Origin: the human T2T-CHM13v2.0 reference genome, Homo sapiens
Strand: one strand, 5' to 3'
Length of the DNA: 64,000 bases
Assembly (NCBI RefSeq): GCF_009914755.1
Contig: NC_060938.1
This document shows, one piece after another, positions 1-11,599 of the stretch (position 1 is the first letter of the stretch; each line of letters begins with the position of its first letter). The notes beneath the pieces are model-generated. The model had not been told where the DNA came from. It did no database searches and worked only from the letters and a program-made list of their open reading frames with translations. Both the position numbers and the translations under genes were made by a program.

Positions 1-59
1 AGTCTCTTGCAGATAAATTTGCCAACCCATGGTCTAACCCATTACTGGAAACATGAGTA

Positions 60-790
60 GGAGATGGCCAAGCAGAGAGGTCAGGAGAGGGAAGAGTGTT
101 CTAAGCCAAGGCAAATGAGGAGTGAAGCTCTGGAGGCAAGGAAACAGTTTTCAATGAGCTGAAGGATGTTTGTGTGACTGAAATGAATATTTTAACAGTG
201 GTAGGAAGAGCAGGGGTGGTGACAAGAGGCAAGGTGAAGTTGGAGAGTTTTTAAATTCAGGTGAAAGACTTTAGACTTTATAAGGGTAGTGGAAAGCTGT
301 TGAAGGCATTCAGAGAATTGATAGTATCAGTTTTTCTTTAAAAAGTATTCTGGTTTCAGGGTGGGACATGGATTGGAAATGAGCAAGGCAGGGTCATCCA
401 ATAGGAGGCATGGCACAGTCCAGGCTAGAGTGATGGAGGGCCAAGTTATGAAAACACAGCAGGGTAAGGGGAATGGAGAGAAGTGGGTGATTGGAGATCA
501 AGTTAGGTATGGGACAAAGGTAGGTTTGTTCAGCTGGAGGCATGGCTGCTCACTGAGATGGGCAACATGGAAGGAAGAGCAGGTTAAGTATAGAGGGATG
601 TAGAGGGTGCCCAAGTATGGTTTGGACACGTTGAGTTGGATGCACATGAAGGATGAGTGGCTCTGTAATGCAGGTGAAGGGTCTGAAGATGCAGATTTGG
701 GTGATGCCGACTTATTTGAAATGGAAGCTTTGGAAAAGCTGAGATTTCCTAAGGAGAGAGTTTAGCAGAAGAAGATAAAAAGGCCTTTTC
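60..790 (-). mobile_element. Old L2 LINE fragment(s)
   Basis: Purine-rich degenerate L2 hallmarks (GGAAAGCTGTTGAAGGC, GTCCAGGCTAGAGTGATGG, TTTGGACACGTTGAGTT). Confidence 0.55.
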
Positions 791-1071
791 CTTGTTCCTC
801 AGTTGTCAGAGTAAACCCAAAGAATAGCATGGGAAATGGATGGGTTCCCATAGGAACCTGGGCTTGGGATCCACTTCCCACCGCCCGCCCCGCCATGGCT
901 GGTTTCTGGCCTTGGTTCTGGGGCTTACTGGTGTGTGACTGACTTCATTACTCTGGGCATGCCTGTCTGACGCGGATGCTTCTCTGTTCCCATAGTACTC
1001 TGAGTCTCCAGGACTCAGCAATGAGTCAATGGTTCAAACCCTGCCTCTGTCCCGGCCTCGCTCTTTCACTA

Positions 1072-1278
1072 CATGCGGCTTGAGTGTCCCTTATCTGAAA
1101 TGCTTGGGACCAGAAGTGTTTGGAACTTTTTCAGATTTTGTAATATTTGCATTACACTTACTGGTTGAGCATCCCAAATCCACAAAATCTGAAATCCGAT
1201 ATGCTCCAGTGAGCATTTCCTTTGAGCATCATGTCAGCACTTAAAAGGTTTTGGATTTTGAAGCATTTTGGATTTCAA
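1072..1278. mobile_element. Tigger4/MER46 (Zombi)-type TcMar DNA transposon fragment nested in a MIR (~1010-1450)
   Basis: GGTTGAGCATCCCAAATCC...AAATCTGAAATCCG...GAGCATTTCCTTTGAGCATCATGTCAGC; MIR halves on both sides. Confidence 0.65.
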
Positions 1279-2204
1279 TTCAGTACAAATTACTGAACCA
1301 TTCTGCATTTCAGTTTCTTCACCTGCTTAATGGGAAAAATGCTAGAGTCTATCTCATAGGACTGTTGTGCTGATTAAATGGGACAGTGAGTTAAAGCATT
1401 CCCAAAGTTCCTGAGAAATTGAAATAACTCAATAGAAGTTCAATACTACTATTCTTCTTTGTAAGATGAACTTACACTGTGTTGCAGTTTACTCTTCCGA
1501 TTACCCCTTGAAGCCAAAAGGATTCTCTCTCTCAATTCCTAACCTCTAGCACCGTACATGGCACCTGGTAATTCATTAAGTCCTTGTTAGATGAATGAAT
1601 AAGTGAAGGAATGAATGGATGGGGGGGTTGCCCCTTCCGGTGACATTATGCTCTGACACGCTTGGAATTTGTGGTCCTTTCGCAGAGCACAGTCAGATGG
1701 CCAATGTCGGGAAGAGACCATCCAGTGTCAATGTAGACCCCAGGCATACCAGGGGCACTCCTGGGCTAAGCGATGATGCTCTGTACTGCCCCTGCCTTCG
1801 GCCCCCTTCCCGTGCTAGTAGTTCTGGTCTGCACAGCACACGGAAGCCAAGCAATGGCTGAGTGTGGTGAGCTCAGATCCACCGAGCTCAGGGACTCCTC
1901 CTAGCCTTCCTCTGAAGCCTTTCCAGGCACCAGGTGTCTGCCAGTCCCAGCTGACATACAGGACCTGACAGAAGCATCCAGAGAAAACTGAAGTAGAATG
2001 TAGATTTAGGGATCCCTGGTCATCTGGATGTTCCTCCTCAATCCAGGCTCAGCTGCAGACAAGTGTTAGTTTCAGTTATCCTCATAGCTTTGCCCACAGA
2101 GGCCCCTAGGGTGCTTTGGAGTGCAACTGTCATTCTTCTTGGCCCAATACACCCTCTTGAACCTCTCACCTCAAAGGTAGGACTATGGAAAGTCTGGCCA
2201 GAAA

Positions 2205-2445
2205 GCCCGTGTCTGTGACATGTCTCTGAATGTATATACACATGTCTGTTTGTGCATGTCTCTGTGGGTAGGCCTGAGTGTGCACCTGTCTGTGTTCATG
2301 TCTGTGTCTGTTTGTACATGGTCTACACTTATGTCTTTAAGTATGGCTATGTGTGCATGTCTATACACATGTGTGCATGCATTGTGCATATGTCTGTGTA
2401 TGTCTGTGCATGTGTCTGCATATGTGTGTGTATGAGTGTGATGGA
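2205..2445. repeat. Degenerate (TG/TA/CA) simple repeat, ~240 bp
   Basis: TGTGTGCATGTCTGTG-type low-complexity run; source of the spurious ORFs at 2183-2500. Confidence 0.85.
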
Positions 2446-3099
2446 GTGAGGGAGAGTAGAACATTGAGATAAGAGGAAGAGGGTATGTAGGATTAATCAA
2501 TGGGGTGGGGTGAAGTGGAGGCTGAGTAGACTTAAAGCCTATGCAGAGGCAGAAAGGATTCCTGTGTCCCCACTCTCCATTTCAACACACACCACAGGAC
2601 ACACTGCTCTGGACCCAAGCAGCCCAGAGCTAGAAGGCTCTGTGGGTCCTCTAGTCCATTTTGCAGTCTAGGAGTCAAGGCTAGCCCAGAGAGGAGTAGC
2701 GATTTGCTCAAGGGTACATGTGAGGTACCACCACTGCTGGCGCTTGGCCCAGCCTCAGGATTCCTGGGCCAGACTGCTGTCCCCTCCAGGAGAAGGACCC
2801 CAGTGTGTTTGAAGATGTCGCCTTGTGTGAGCAGGCCAGTCTTGGTTGCCTGGTGAAGCCAAGGGAGTGGCCAGTGGGGGAGTCTGGGGAAGAGGGGGAG
2901 CAGACCAGCCTGGGGGCAGCGTGGGCAGGAGTAGAGGTGTTGCAGGGGGTGAGGGTGCCACCAGCAACCTGAGTGGGGAAGCCCACAGTTTCCAGGCAGG
3001 CAGTGCCTATGGGATGACGGACCACTATTGAGAGGCCCAGGAGCAGTGTGGGTATACCATGATCAGGCACAAGTAGGGGCTGGAGTAAGTGCAGAGGCC

Positions 3100-3320
3100 C
3101 TGAAGTCAGATGGGCCTGGCTTGATTTTAATCCCAGCTCTGACAATTACCGGATCTTTAATCCTTGGCAAGTTACCTAAACTCTCTAAGCCTCCGTTTCC
3201 CCATTTGCAAAGTGGAGATTATAGTACCTACCTCAACGATTTGGTGAGGATGTAATCAGATAATGTGTGTGAAGAACTTAGCACGGTACCTGGTACATAG
3301 CGAAGGCACAAAAGAAATTG
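3100..3320 (+). mobile_element. MIR SINE
   Basis: TCCCAGCTCTG...CTTGGCAAGTTACCTAAACTCTCTAAGCCTCCGTTTCCCCATTTGCAAAGTGG...CTTAGCACGGTACCTGG. Confidence 0.75.
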
Positions 3321-3482
3321 GTAGCGGTAGAGGAACATGTCCGGGAAAGAAGGTATGAGTTTCAGAACTGCCCCCTCCATCCCTCTGCTCTGCAGGGCGG
3401 CAGAAAAAAGCCCCTGTGGTCAATGGTGTGCAGGGGCTCCGGGAGCAGAGCCTATGCGTCGGTCATCCATCCCGTGTCGTGC

Positions 3483-3497
3483 GGTGCCCCCTGGTGG
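3483..3497 (-). promoter_or_regulatory. CTCF core motif (CCACCAGGGGGCACC) in the SMOC1 last intron
   Basis: Near-consensus match inside a small CpG-retaining patch (~3440-3505). Confidence 0.6.
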
Positions 3498-5735
3498 GCT
3501 GCGAGGGGCTTGCATGCTAGGTGGGGACAGAAGCTGGCTGGGGGAAGGATGCCGAGCTTGGGGACCAGTAGAGTTTTGGGTCCAAGGGACTGAATTTTTG
3601 GAAATTCCACTGGATCACAGATATTTTACCAACCAGACTCCTCCCTGGAGAGCTGAATTCTCTGCATAACATGCCTCTTTCTTCACTTTCCCAATTTATA
3701 AAGCACCTTCACTGGGATCATTGTCACTGTCCTGTGAGGCAGGCGGGGTGGGGTCTAGTGCCTCCTTTTCTCAGAACTATCCGCTCTTCTTTTGCCTTGT
3801 CTGAGGATGCCAACTGCCTGGGGCTCAGCCTTCTTCTCTTCCATCCTCCCTGATGGCTCAGAGCATGATTCTGGAGGCAGCTAGCTAGGTCGGAATTTGC
3901 TTTGCCGCATGGAAGCTGTGCCATCCTGGGTGGGTTACTTGATATCTCCAAGCTTCAGTTTCATCATCCTAAGATGGAGATAATTTTATCACTCTCAAAT
4001 AAAGTCGCTCTGAGGATTAACTGATAGGACTTAGGTAACAGGATTAGCACATAAGCCTCCATGAAAAAGAGCTGGTTACGGCTAGCTGTCCATTTTGCTT
4101 CACACATCTCAGCCTGGTGGGCAGGACTGCTGTGCACCTCCTTTTTAGATGTGCTGACCTTTCTACTCAGCAAGGAGAGAAGCAGCTGCTGGAGGGAGTG
4201 GAGGAAAGGTGGGATTTGAAGTCAGCAGCCTGACTCTGCCGCTTCCCACCTGCCTGCCTTGGGGCTGTCACCTTCTTTTAGAGTTCATGTCCTCCTCTGT
4301 AAAATTGGATAAACCGATATCCACCCCACGCCCACTCCACCCCATGTCCGCTCTCCTTTCTTCAGTTGTAAGGAATATTGGCATAACCCAGGGGACATGG
4401 AGCTGTGGCTCACATGACCAGCGGGTGGGCTTGGGTTCTGCAGCGCTGTACACTCCTCAAAGCCCTTTCTCCTCCTCCATGAATTCAGTGGATCCTCAAG
4501 GCAATTCTGAGAGGGAGGCAGAGCAGAAGCCGTACAGCTGTGGTTCTAGCTCCCAGGCTGTAGACTGACCCAGAGAGGTTCAGGGGCATGCACAGAGTCA
4601 CGTGGCCCTAAGCATCTCGGAGTGGTGGCGGGGGGCAGCTCTTGATGTGCTTGCCCCCAGCTCCTCGCTCCTCTTCAAGAGGCCAGGACCTGCTGGAGCA
4701 GGCGTGGCAGTTTCCACAATGGCTCAGCACCCTGTGGGGAGATGTGGGTGTCAGCAGAATGAGGCTGGGACTTTGTGTAAGTCGCCCCTCTGCTCTGAGC
4801 TGCTGCTGGATTCCTTCTACCTCTGACATTCTGTGACTCGGGGAACCAAGACCTGGGACAGTTCTGTCCAGGTACATCAGCACCAGAGCCCTTCTTAGTG
4901 GATAGCTGAGGGATTGCAAAGAGGTGCCCAGCAGGAGCCAGGCCTTATGGAAAAGGGACTTTGTGTGAAGGCGTTGGCCAGTAATAAGTTCACCTGAGCC
5001 ATAGACACTCACAGAGCAAAAAGTAGGGCCAAACAACTTTTTGCTCTTTCCCAAGTCTGCTCTTTATTCTGAGGGTCAGAGAGGACAGAGACCCAGCATA
5101 CGGAAGAAGGTGCCAGTTCTCTGGTCAAGGCCACTCAATGTCACATGTTCCTGGTTTGTTGCAGGTGGTAGCCTTGGCAGTTTCCCCCAGGCAAAATGAG
5201 CAGGCACAAACCCATTCAGTAAGTTGCCCCTTTCTGGGCTCCTCAGGGGTGAAGGGATTGGCCAGGTGACTTAAGCTCCCATTTTCAGGTTGTTTGCTGA
5301 GGACACGAGAGAACTATTGGGTCAGTGCCAATGGGATTCTGCCATCCCCACCTGTAAACAAACCCCTGTCGTTTCCACCCCAGCCCCAGGTTGAAAAGCT
5401 GGCATGTGAGAGTAGTGTGATCTGAACAGAGTGCACACCCTGCAACCCACACTTCCCTAGGCCAAGCCTCGTTCTCTCCAATGCCAGACTTATTTCAGTT
5501 GCAGTGGTGGTGCCTCATAGTGGCAAAGGACAGGCTGGTAAAACATGCTCATCTGCAAGTCCAGGCAACCTGTGCCCCACCTAGCCTCATAGAGGACAGC
5601 AGGTGGAAAAGGCTGCACTTGTGGGGAAATTGATGGACATAGTTGGATTTCTCACAAGCCCAACTCTAACTTCTTGCTTATATCTGCCCCCGACCTTTTT
5701 TTTTTTTTTTTTTGCATTCTCCTTCCTTCTCTCAG

Positions 5736-5752
5736 TAGGACGCCTCGTCTAA
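5736..5752 (+). CDS. SMOC1: Terminal coding exon fragment of SMOC1 (SPARC-related modular calcium-binding protein 1): (V)GRLV-stop
   Basis: Branch-like CTCTAAC at 5664-5670, poly-T/pyrimidine tract at 5696-5732, acceptor CAG(5733-35)TAG(5736-38), then (G)TA GGA CGC CTC GTC TAA. This matches the recalled SMOC1 C-terminus ...KE(V)GRLV. SMOC1 is the known tail-to-tail neighbour of SLC8A3. Upstream exons lie outside the window. Confidence 0.85.
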
Positions 5753-7862
5753 GGAGCAGAAAACCCAAGGGCAGGTGGAGAGTCCAGGGAGGCAGGATGG
5801 ATCACCAGACACCTAACCTTCAGCGTTGCCCATGGCCCTGCCACATCCCGTGTAACATAAGTGGTGCCCACCATGTTTGCACTTTTAATAACTCTTACTT
5901 GCGTGTTTTGTTTTTGGTTTCATTTTAAAACACCAATATCTAATACCACAGTGGGAAAAGGAAAGGGAAGAAAGACTTTATTCTCTCTCTTATTGTAAGT
6001 TTTTGGATCTGCTACTGACAACTTTTAGAGGGTTTTGGGGGGGTGGGGGAGGGTGTTGTTGGGGCTGAGAAGAAAGAGATTTATATGCTGTATATAAATA
6101 TATATGTAAATTGTATAGTTCTTTTGTACAGGCATTGGCATTGCTGTTTGTTTATTTCTCTCCCTCTGCCTGCTGTGGGTGGTGGGCACTCTGGACACAT
6201 AGTCCAGCTTTCTAAAATCCAGGACTCTATCCTGGGCCTACTAAACTTCTGTTTGGAGACTGACCCTTGTGTATAAAGACGGGAGTCCTGCAATTGTACT
6301 GCGGACTCCACGAGTTCTTTTCTGGTGGGAGGACTATATTGCCCCATGCCATTAGTTGTCAAAATTGATAAGTCACTTGGCTCTCGGCCTTGTCCAGGGA
6401 GGTTGGGCTAAGGAGAGATGGAAACTGCCCTGGGAGAGGAAGGGAGTCCAGATCCCATGAATAGCCCACACAGGTACCGGCTCTCAGAGGGTCCGTGCAT
6501 TCCTGCTCTCCGGACCCCCAAAGGGCCCAGCATTGGTGGGTGCACCAGTATCTTAGTGACCCTCGGAGCAAATTATCCACAAAGGATTTGCATTACGTCA
6601 CTCGAAACGTTTTCATCCATGCTTAGCATCTACTCTGTATAACGCATGAGAGGGGAGGCAAAGAAGAAAAAGACACACAGAAGGGCCTTTAAAAAAGTAG
6701 ATATTTAATATCTAAGCAGGGGAGGGGACAGGACAGAAAGCCTGCACTGAGGGGTGCGGTGCCAACAGGGAAACTCTTCACCTCCCTGCAAACCTACCAG
6801 TGAGGCTCCCAGAGACGCAGCTGTCTCAGTGCCAGGGGCAGATTGGGTGTGACCTCTCCACTCCTCCATCTCCTGCTGTTGTCCTAGTGGCTATCACAGG
6901 CCTGGGTGGGTGGGTTGGGGGAGGTGTCAGTCACCTTGTTGGTAACACTAAAGTTGTTTTGTTGGTTTTTTAAAAACCCAATACTGAGGTTCTTCCTGTT
7001 CCCTCAAGTTTTCTTATGGGCTTCCAGGCTTTAAGCTAATTCCAGAAGTAAAACTGATCTTGGGTTTCCTATTCTGCCTCCCCTAGAAGGGCAGGGGTGA
7101 TAACCCAGCTACAGGGAAATCCCGGCCCAGCTTTCCACAGGCATCACAGGCATCTTCCGCGGATTCTAGGGTGGGCTGCCCAGCCTTCTGGTCTGAGGCG
7201 CAGCTCCCTCTGCCCAGGTGCTGTGCCTATTCAAGTGGCCTTCAGGCAGAGCAGCAAGTGGCCCTTAGCGCCCCTTCCCATAAGCAGCTGTGGTGGCAGT
7301 GAGGGAGGTTGGGTAGCCCTGGACTGGTCCCCTCCTCAGATCACCCTTGCAAATCTGGCCTCATCTTGTATTCCAACCCGACATCCCTAAAAGTACCTCC
7401 ACCCGTTCCGGGTCTGGAAGGCGTTGGCACCACAAGCACTGTCCCTGTGGGAGGAGCACAACCTTCTCGGGACAGGATCTGATGGGGTCTTGGGCTAAAG
7501 GAGGTCCCTGCTGTCCTGGAGAAAGTCCTAGAGGTTATCTCAGGAATGACTGGTGGCCCTGCCCCAACGTGGAAAGGTGGGAAGGAAGCCTTCTCCCATT
7601 AGCCCCAATGAGAGAACTCAACGTGCCGGAGCTGAGTGGGCCTTGCACGAGACACTGGCCCCACTTTCAGGCCTGGAGGAAGCATGCACACATGGAGACG
7701 GCGCCTGCCTGTAGATGTTTGGATCTTCGAGATCTCCCCAGGCATCTTGTCTCCCACAGGATCGTGTGTGTAGGTGGTGTTGTGTGGTTTTCCTTTGTGA
7801 AGGAGAGAGGGAAACTATTTGTAGCTTGTTTTATAAAAAATAAAAAATGGGTAAATCTTGGC
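5753..7862 (+). other. SMOC1: SMOC1 3'UTR (end approximate)
   Basis: Unique, repeat-free ~2.1 kb stretch with AU-rich blocks. It ends at AATAAA (7839-7844) followed by a GU/U-rich element (GCTGTTGCCTCTTTCTTTGGGTGG). Confidence 0.75.
7839..7844 (+). terminator. Polyadenylation signal AATAAA (SMOC1)
   Basis: TTATAAAAAATAAAAAATGG with a U/GU-rich downstream sequence at ~7864-7890. Confidence 0.75.
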
Positions 7863-9582
7863 GGCTGTTGCCTCTTTCTTTGGGTGGCTTCCTTTAATGA
7901 AAAGGCTTTATTTCCTAGAAAGCTTAGTTCGTTTCCCTGGCCTGGGTGCTCTCCACTTCCATCCAAGGACATCTGAGGTGCTGCCAATGATGAACCTAGC
8001 AGGGGACCCGGAAGTGGCCAGTGTGGTACTGCACCTAGAGAGGGGACTCCCTTGCTAAAGGTGTTTGTGCACTCTCTGTAATTCTTCCTCTTACCTCCAC
8101 CCACATGTCTGCCCCACGGGATGCCCCTCCCTGACTGCCATTCCCTTCCTCTCACTGGAATGTAGGGAATGTTGCTGGCAGAGCTTTGGGGGCAGGGCTT
8201 GGGGAAGAGCCTATTCCATGGCTTCAGGCTGTTGAAAGTGGGTACATTGCCATCATCCAGATGACAAGACGCCAGGCTGAAATGTAGCCATAGGTGGGGA
8301 GCAGACCCCCAGTGGAGTTTTTCAGCCTGTACCCCAGTTTTGTGGGGTATCTATTCTGGCTGAGGCTGCAGGTCTGGTTTGCAGAGCTGGAGAACTCCCA
8401 GACGAGGATTGGCAGCAGGGGTGGAGATTCTAGGTTTTCTCCAGCGTGACCGGCCTCTTTGCCTTTTTCCCTGTGTGCACACACAGCTGTCCCTGGAAAT
8501 GACCGCCTCAGCCATCCCCTTGGGAACCTTCTCCAGATTCCTTGTGCCACACTCTGCCCCCTTGTCTTTGCAGGTGAACAGAAGATAATTCCCCTTGTAA
8601 ACCTCTCCTCCAGCCTTTGCTCCAGCTAGGCTTTCTTGCGACAGGGTCTAAGCCCCAGAATTTGATCACGCAGGCCACTCCTTGTCCAGGGCTTGTCCTT
8701 CCTTGCAGCTCAGAAGAGAGGACAGGTGGTTCACGGCACACTTACCGAGTGCCAGACACTGCGTGCTATGTATACAGGCCCTGTCGTATGTATGTAGTAC
8801 CACAACCCAGTGACACAGGCGTCATTGTTCCTATTTCTCAAGTGTGGACTCAGACTCAAGAGTTCAGTGTCTTGCTGGGGTCACCCAGCTGGAAAGGCAG
8901 AGCAGGAATCATACTTAGATTTTCTGACTCCAGGCCTGGAGCTCTGCCTACTCCTCAGCTGCCTTCCTTGAAGGGTTAGAACTGCAACTGTCTCCTTCCT
9001 GTCCAGCTTGGGTCCTGGTGGGAGTTCCATCCAGCAGTGAGTGCATTTTTTCCCCAGAGCAGTTAAGGGTCTTATTAAAAGCCACCACTTTGCTGAGGCC
9101 TGTACAGGCCTTGGGGGTTTGGGGAAGAGAAATAAGGCAGGCACTTGTCCCTTCAGGGAGGGACTTGTCCCTCACTGGGAGGTTTGGGGTTGACCTTGGC
9201 TCCAGCAGAGATACCCAGCCTGGCGTGGAAGGGGCAGGTCTGAGCTTACGCTTGACTGCAGGGCAAGCTGCAGGCCTCTTCTGCCTTCCCCTGCATTCAC
9301 CAAGGACAGTAGGACCAAGAGTCAAGGAAAAGTGCAAGATAGATCTATCCCATTTCTTCCTCCACCTGGAGATTCCTGAGCTATGCTCAGCCTCTGTGGG
9401 GCAGGGAAGACTGGGGACATTTTTAGTCAGGATGCTGAGAAGTAATTCCTGCTGGGGCCAGGCATCTTTTCAGGGCTGCTGTGATGCCAACAAAGAAGGG
9501 GCCCCAGGCCCATCCTTACTCCTGGTCCCCAAAAGGATCCAAGTGGGATGGGAAGCTGGCAGCACCAACCCACTTGTAGATT

Positions 9583-9682
9583 AACAACAACAACAAAACA
9601 CCAACAAATAAAAAAAAGCAAAACAACAACAACAAAACAAAACAAAAACCAAAAACTAAAAAACCAAACCAAAACCAAAAAG
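9583..9682. repeat. A-rich (CAA/CAAAA)n low-complexity repeat
   Basis: AACAACAACAACAAAACACC...AAAACCAAAA. Confidence 0.8.
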
Positions 9683-11599
9683 CCCTGGATCACCAGGCTG
9701 TTCATCTGGCTATTTACTCCCAAGTTCCTGAAAGACCTGCAAGGCCACAGTTGTGCCCACCAAGGAGGCTGAAGACCTTCCCAGGCACCATGACCTTCTG
9801 GTCTGTGGTGTTAGGCCTTTTTCTACTACACAGGTGGAAATAGGTGAAGCTTGATCTTTTCATGCAGCACTGCCGAATCAAGCTCTCAACCCTAGGGCCT
9901 GGATCAACATTCCCCTTTGTGTGCCTTTCATGAGTTGATAAGGAAAAGGGCCATGACCTTGGTTCCATGCCTGCCTACTCCTGCAAGTGTCTGTGCTATG
10001 TATGGGGCACAAGTCTCTCTTGTCATTTCTCGTCAAGTCTTGGTGGGGCACTCTGGCCAATTCCTTCTATTCCTCTACGCCACCCCCAACCAACACCTCA
10101 CCCAAGCAGCCCCTGCTCCCTCTCCTGCTCTGCACTGCCCCTTTTTCCTCTGTCAGGATGCACTCTGTGAAAGCTGTCTTGCCTGTATCCTCCTAGCCAG
10201 AGCGCTAACTCTAGCTACTGGTCGGTGGTCCTGTATGTAGTACCCCAGACCAGGCCTGTCTACAAGTCCAGGGCAACCCTGAGAATTCACACACTTGATG
10301 GTCACATGCACTGCATACTTGGATGTGGTCTCTCCACACAGTGATGGACACGTTGCTCAACTGCTCATAAGACTCAGTCAGGAGAGACCAGGATAAGCTT
10401 CAGTAAGTACACCCTTCCCAACCTCTCTGGCTCAAAACAGAAAGGTGTTTTTCTCACTGCTGCGACACAGCAGTGAGATAACAAGAGTAATGTACTCAGC
10501 ACAGTGCCTGGTACAAAACTGGAGCTCAGTATCTGTCAGTCATCCTCCTCTTCCTCCTTATTTGTATCATCAGTGAGCGTTGGCACTGGGAGGAGCCTGA
10601 AAAATCACCTATTCTAATGGTTATTCGTGAAAAATCTAAAATCTCAATAGATAGGCGGAGTGGCCATCTCCAGGTCAAATACTTTTAGCTTGTGACACAG
10701 CCAGAATTAGAATTCACTTCTGTCAACTCCTAATTTAGCATTCTTAATAGCAATTACTTTGCTATACATTTAAAGAGGCATACAGCATATATAGATGGAA
10801 AATTCCATTAAATGATGGAAAGAAGTGTGTCTACTGAGATGTTGAGTAGTTCACTGTATCAGATTCTAAAAAATGAGTTGTTTAGGGAAAGGTATAGTGA
10901 AATATACCTGACAAGGCAGTGAAATGAGGTAGAGATAGAGTGATGGGATGCACATGCCATTGCAAAAAGCATTATGATGCGGGCTGTATGATGGAGTTGT
11001 AACTTCTGGAGGAAAGCTAAAAATGGAGGAACAGATTAATATCAGCAGCAAAATCACATGGTCTGGCAGGAAAGTCAGGGCCAGTGGACAGAGAACCTAC
11101 TACAGGAGTCTTCAGCCTGGTTTTGCTATGAACTAGCTGTGTGACCTTGAGCCATTGGCTTCACCTCTCTGGGCCTCCTTGGTGTTTTTGCCCAGGAGTT
11201 CTCACTGTATGTCAGACATTTTGCTAAGCCTGTTATCTCATGAAATAATTGCAACAACTCTATATGGTGTGCAGAAATCTCCTGCCTACCCCATCTGGAG
11301 CCATTCTTCCCCCTTCTTCACCTGCTGCGTGCTCTGCCTGGGGGACTAACTTTTATGCATGGCATCAATGGAGTTCTTGTGCTCTCTGGATGACCAGGAG
11401 TCCAGTGGGAGATGGGAGAGTGGGAGGGGAGGGAGGACAGGTGTTATTCTCTGTAAGGTTGCCTTGGGCTGGCTTTGTTTTTTGACTGAAAGGTATCACT
11501 CCTCTCTAAGAGGCCTATCTACCTGATTCTCTCTCCTTCTCAGTTCCTGAAACCTCTCCTCTCCTTCCACTTGGGCCTAGGAGGAAGCAAACTCATAAA

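Noticed and set aside
7347-8155. Long ORFs (209 aa +, 162 aa -) in and around the SMOC1 3'UTR
   Set aside because: No recognisable domain, non-ATG or weak starts, and they span the poly(A) site; expected by chance.
9018-9584. 188-aa ORF downstream of SMOC1
   Set aside because: No homology or domain recognised and no splice or promoter support.
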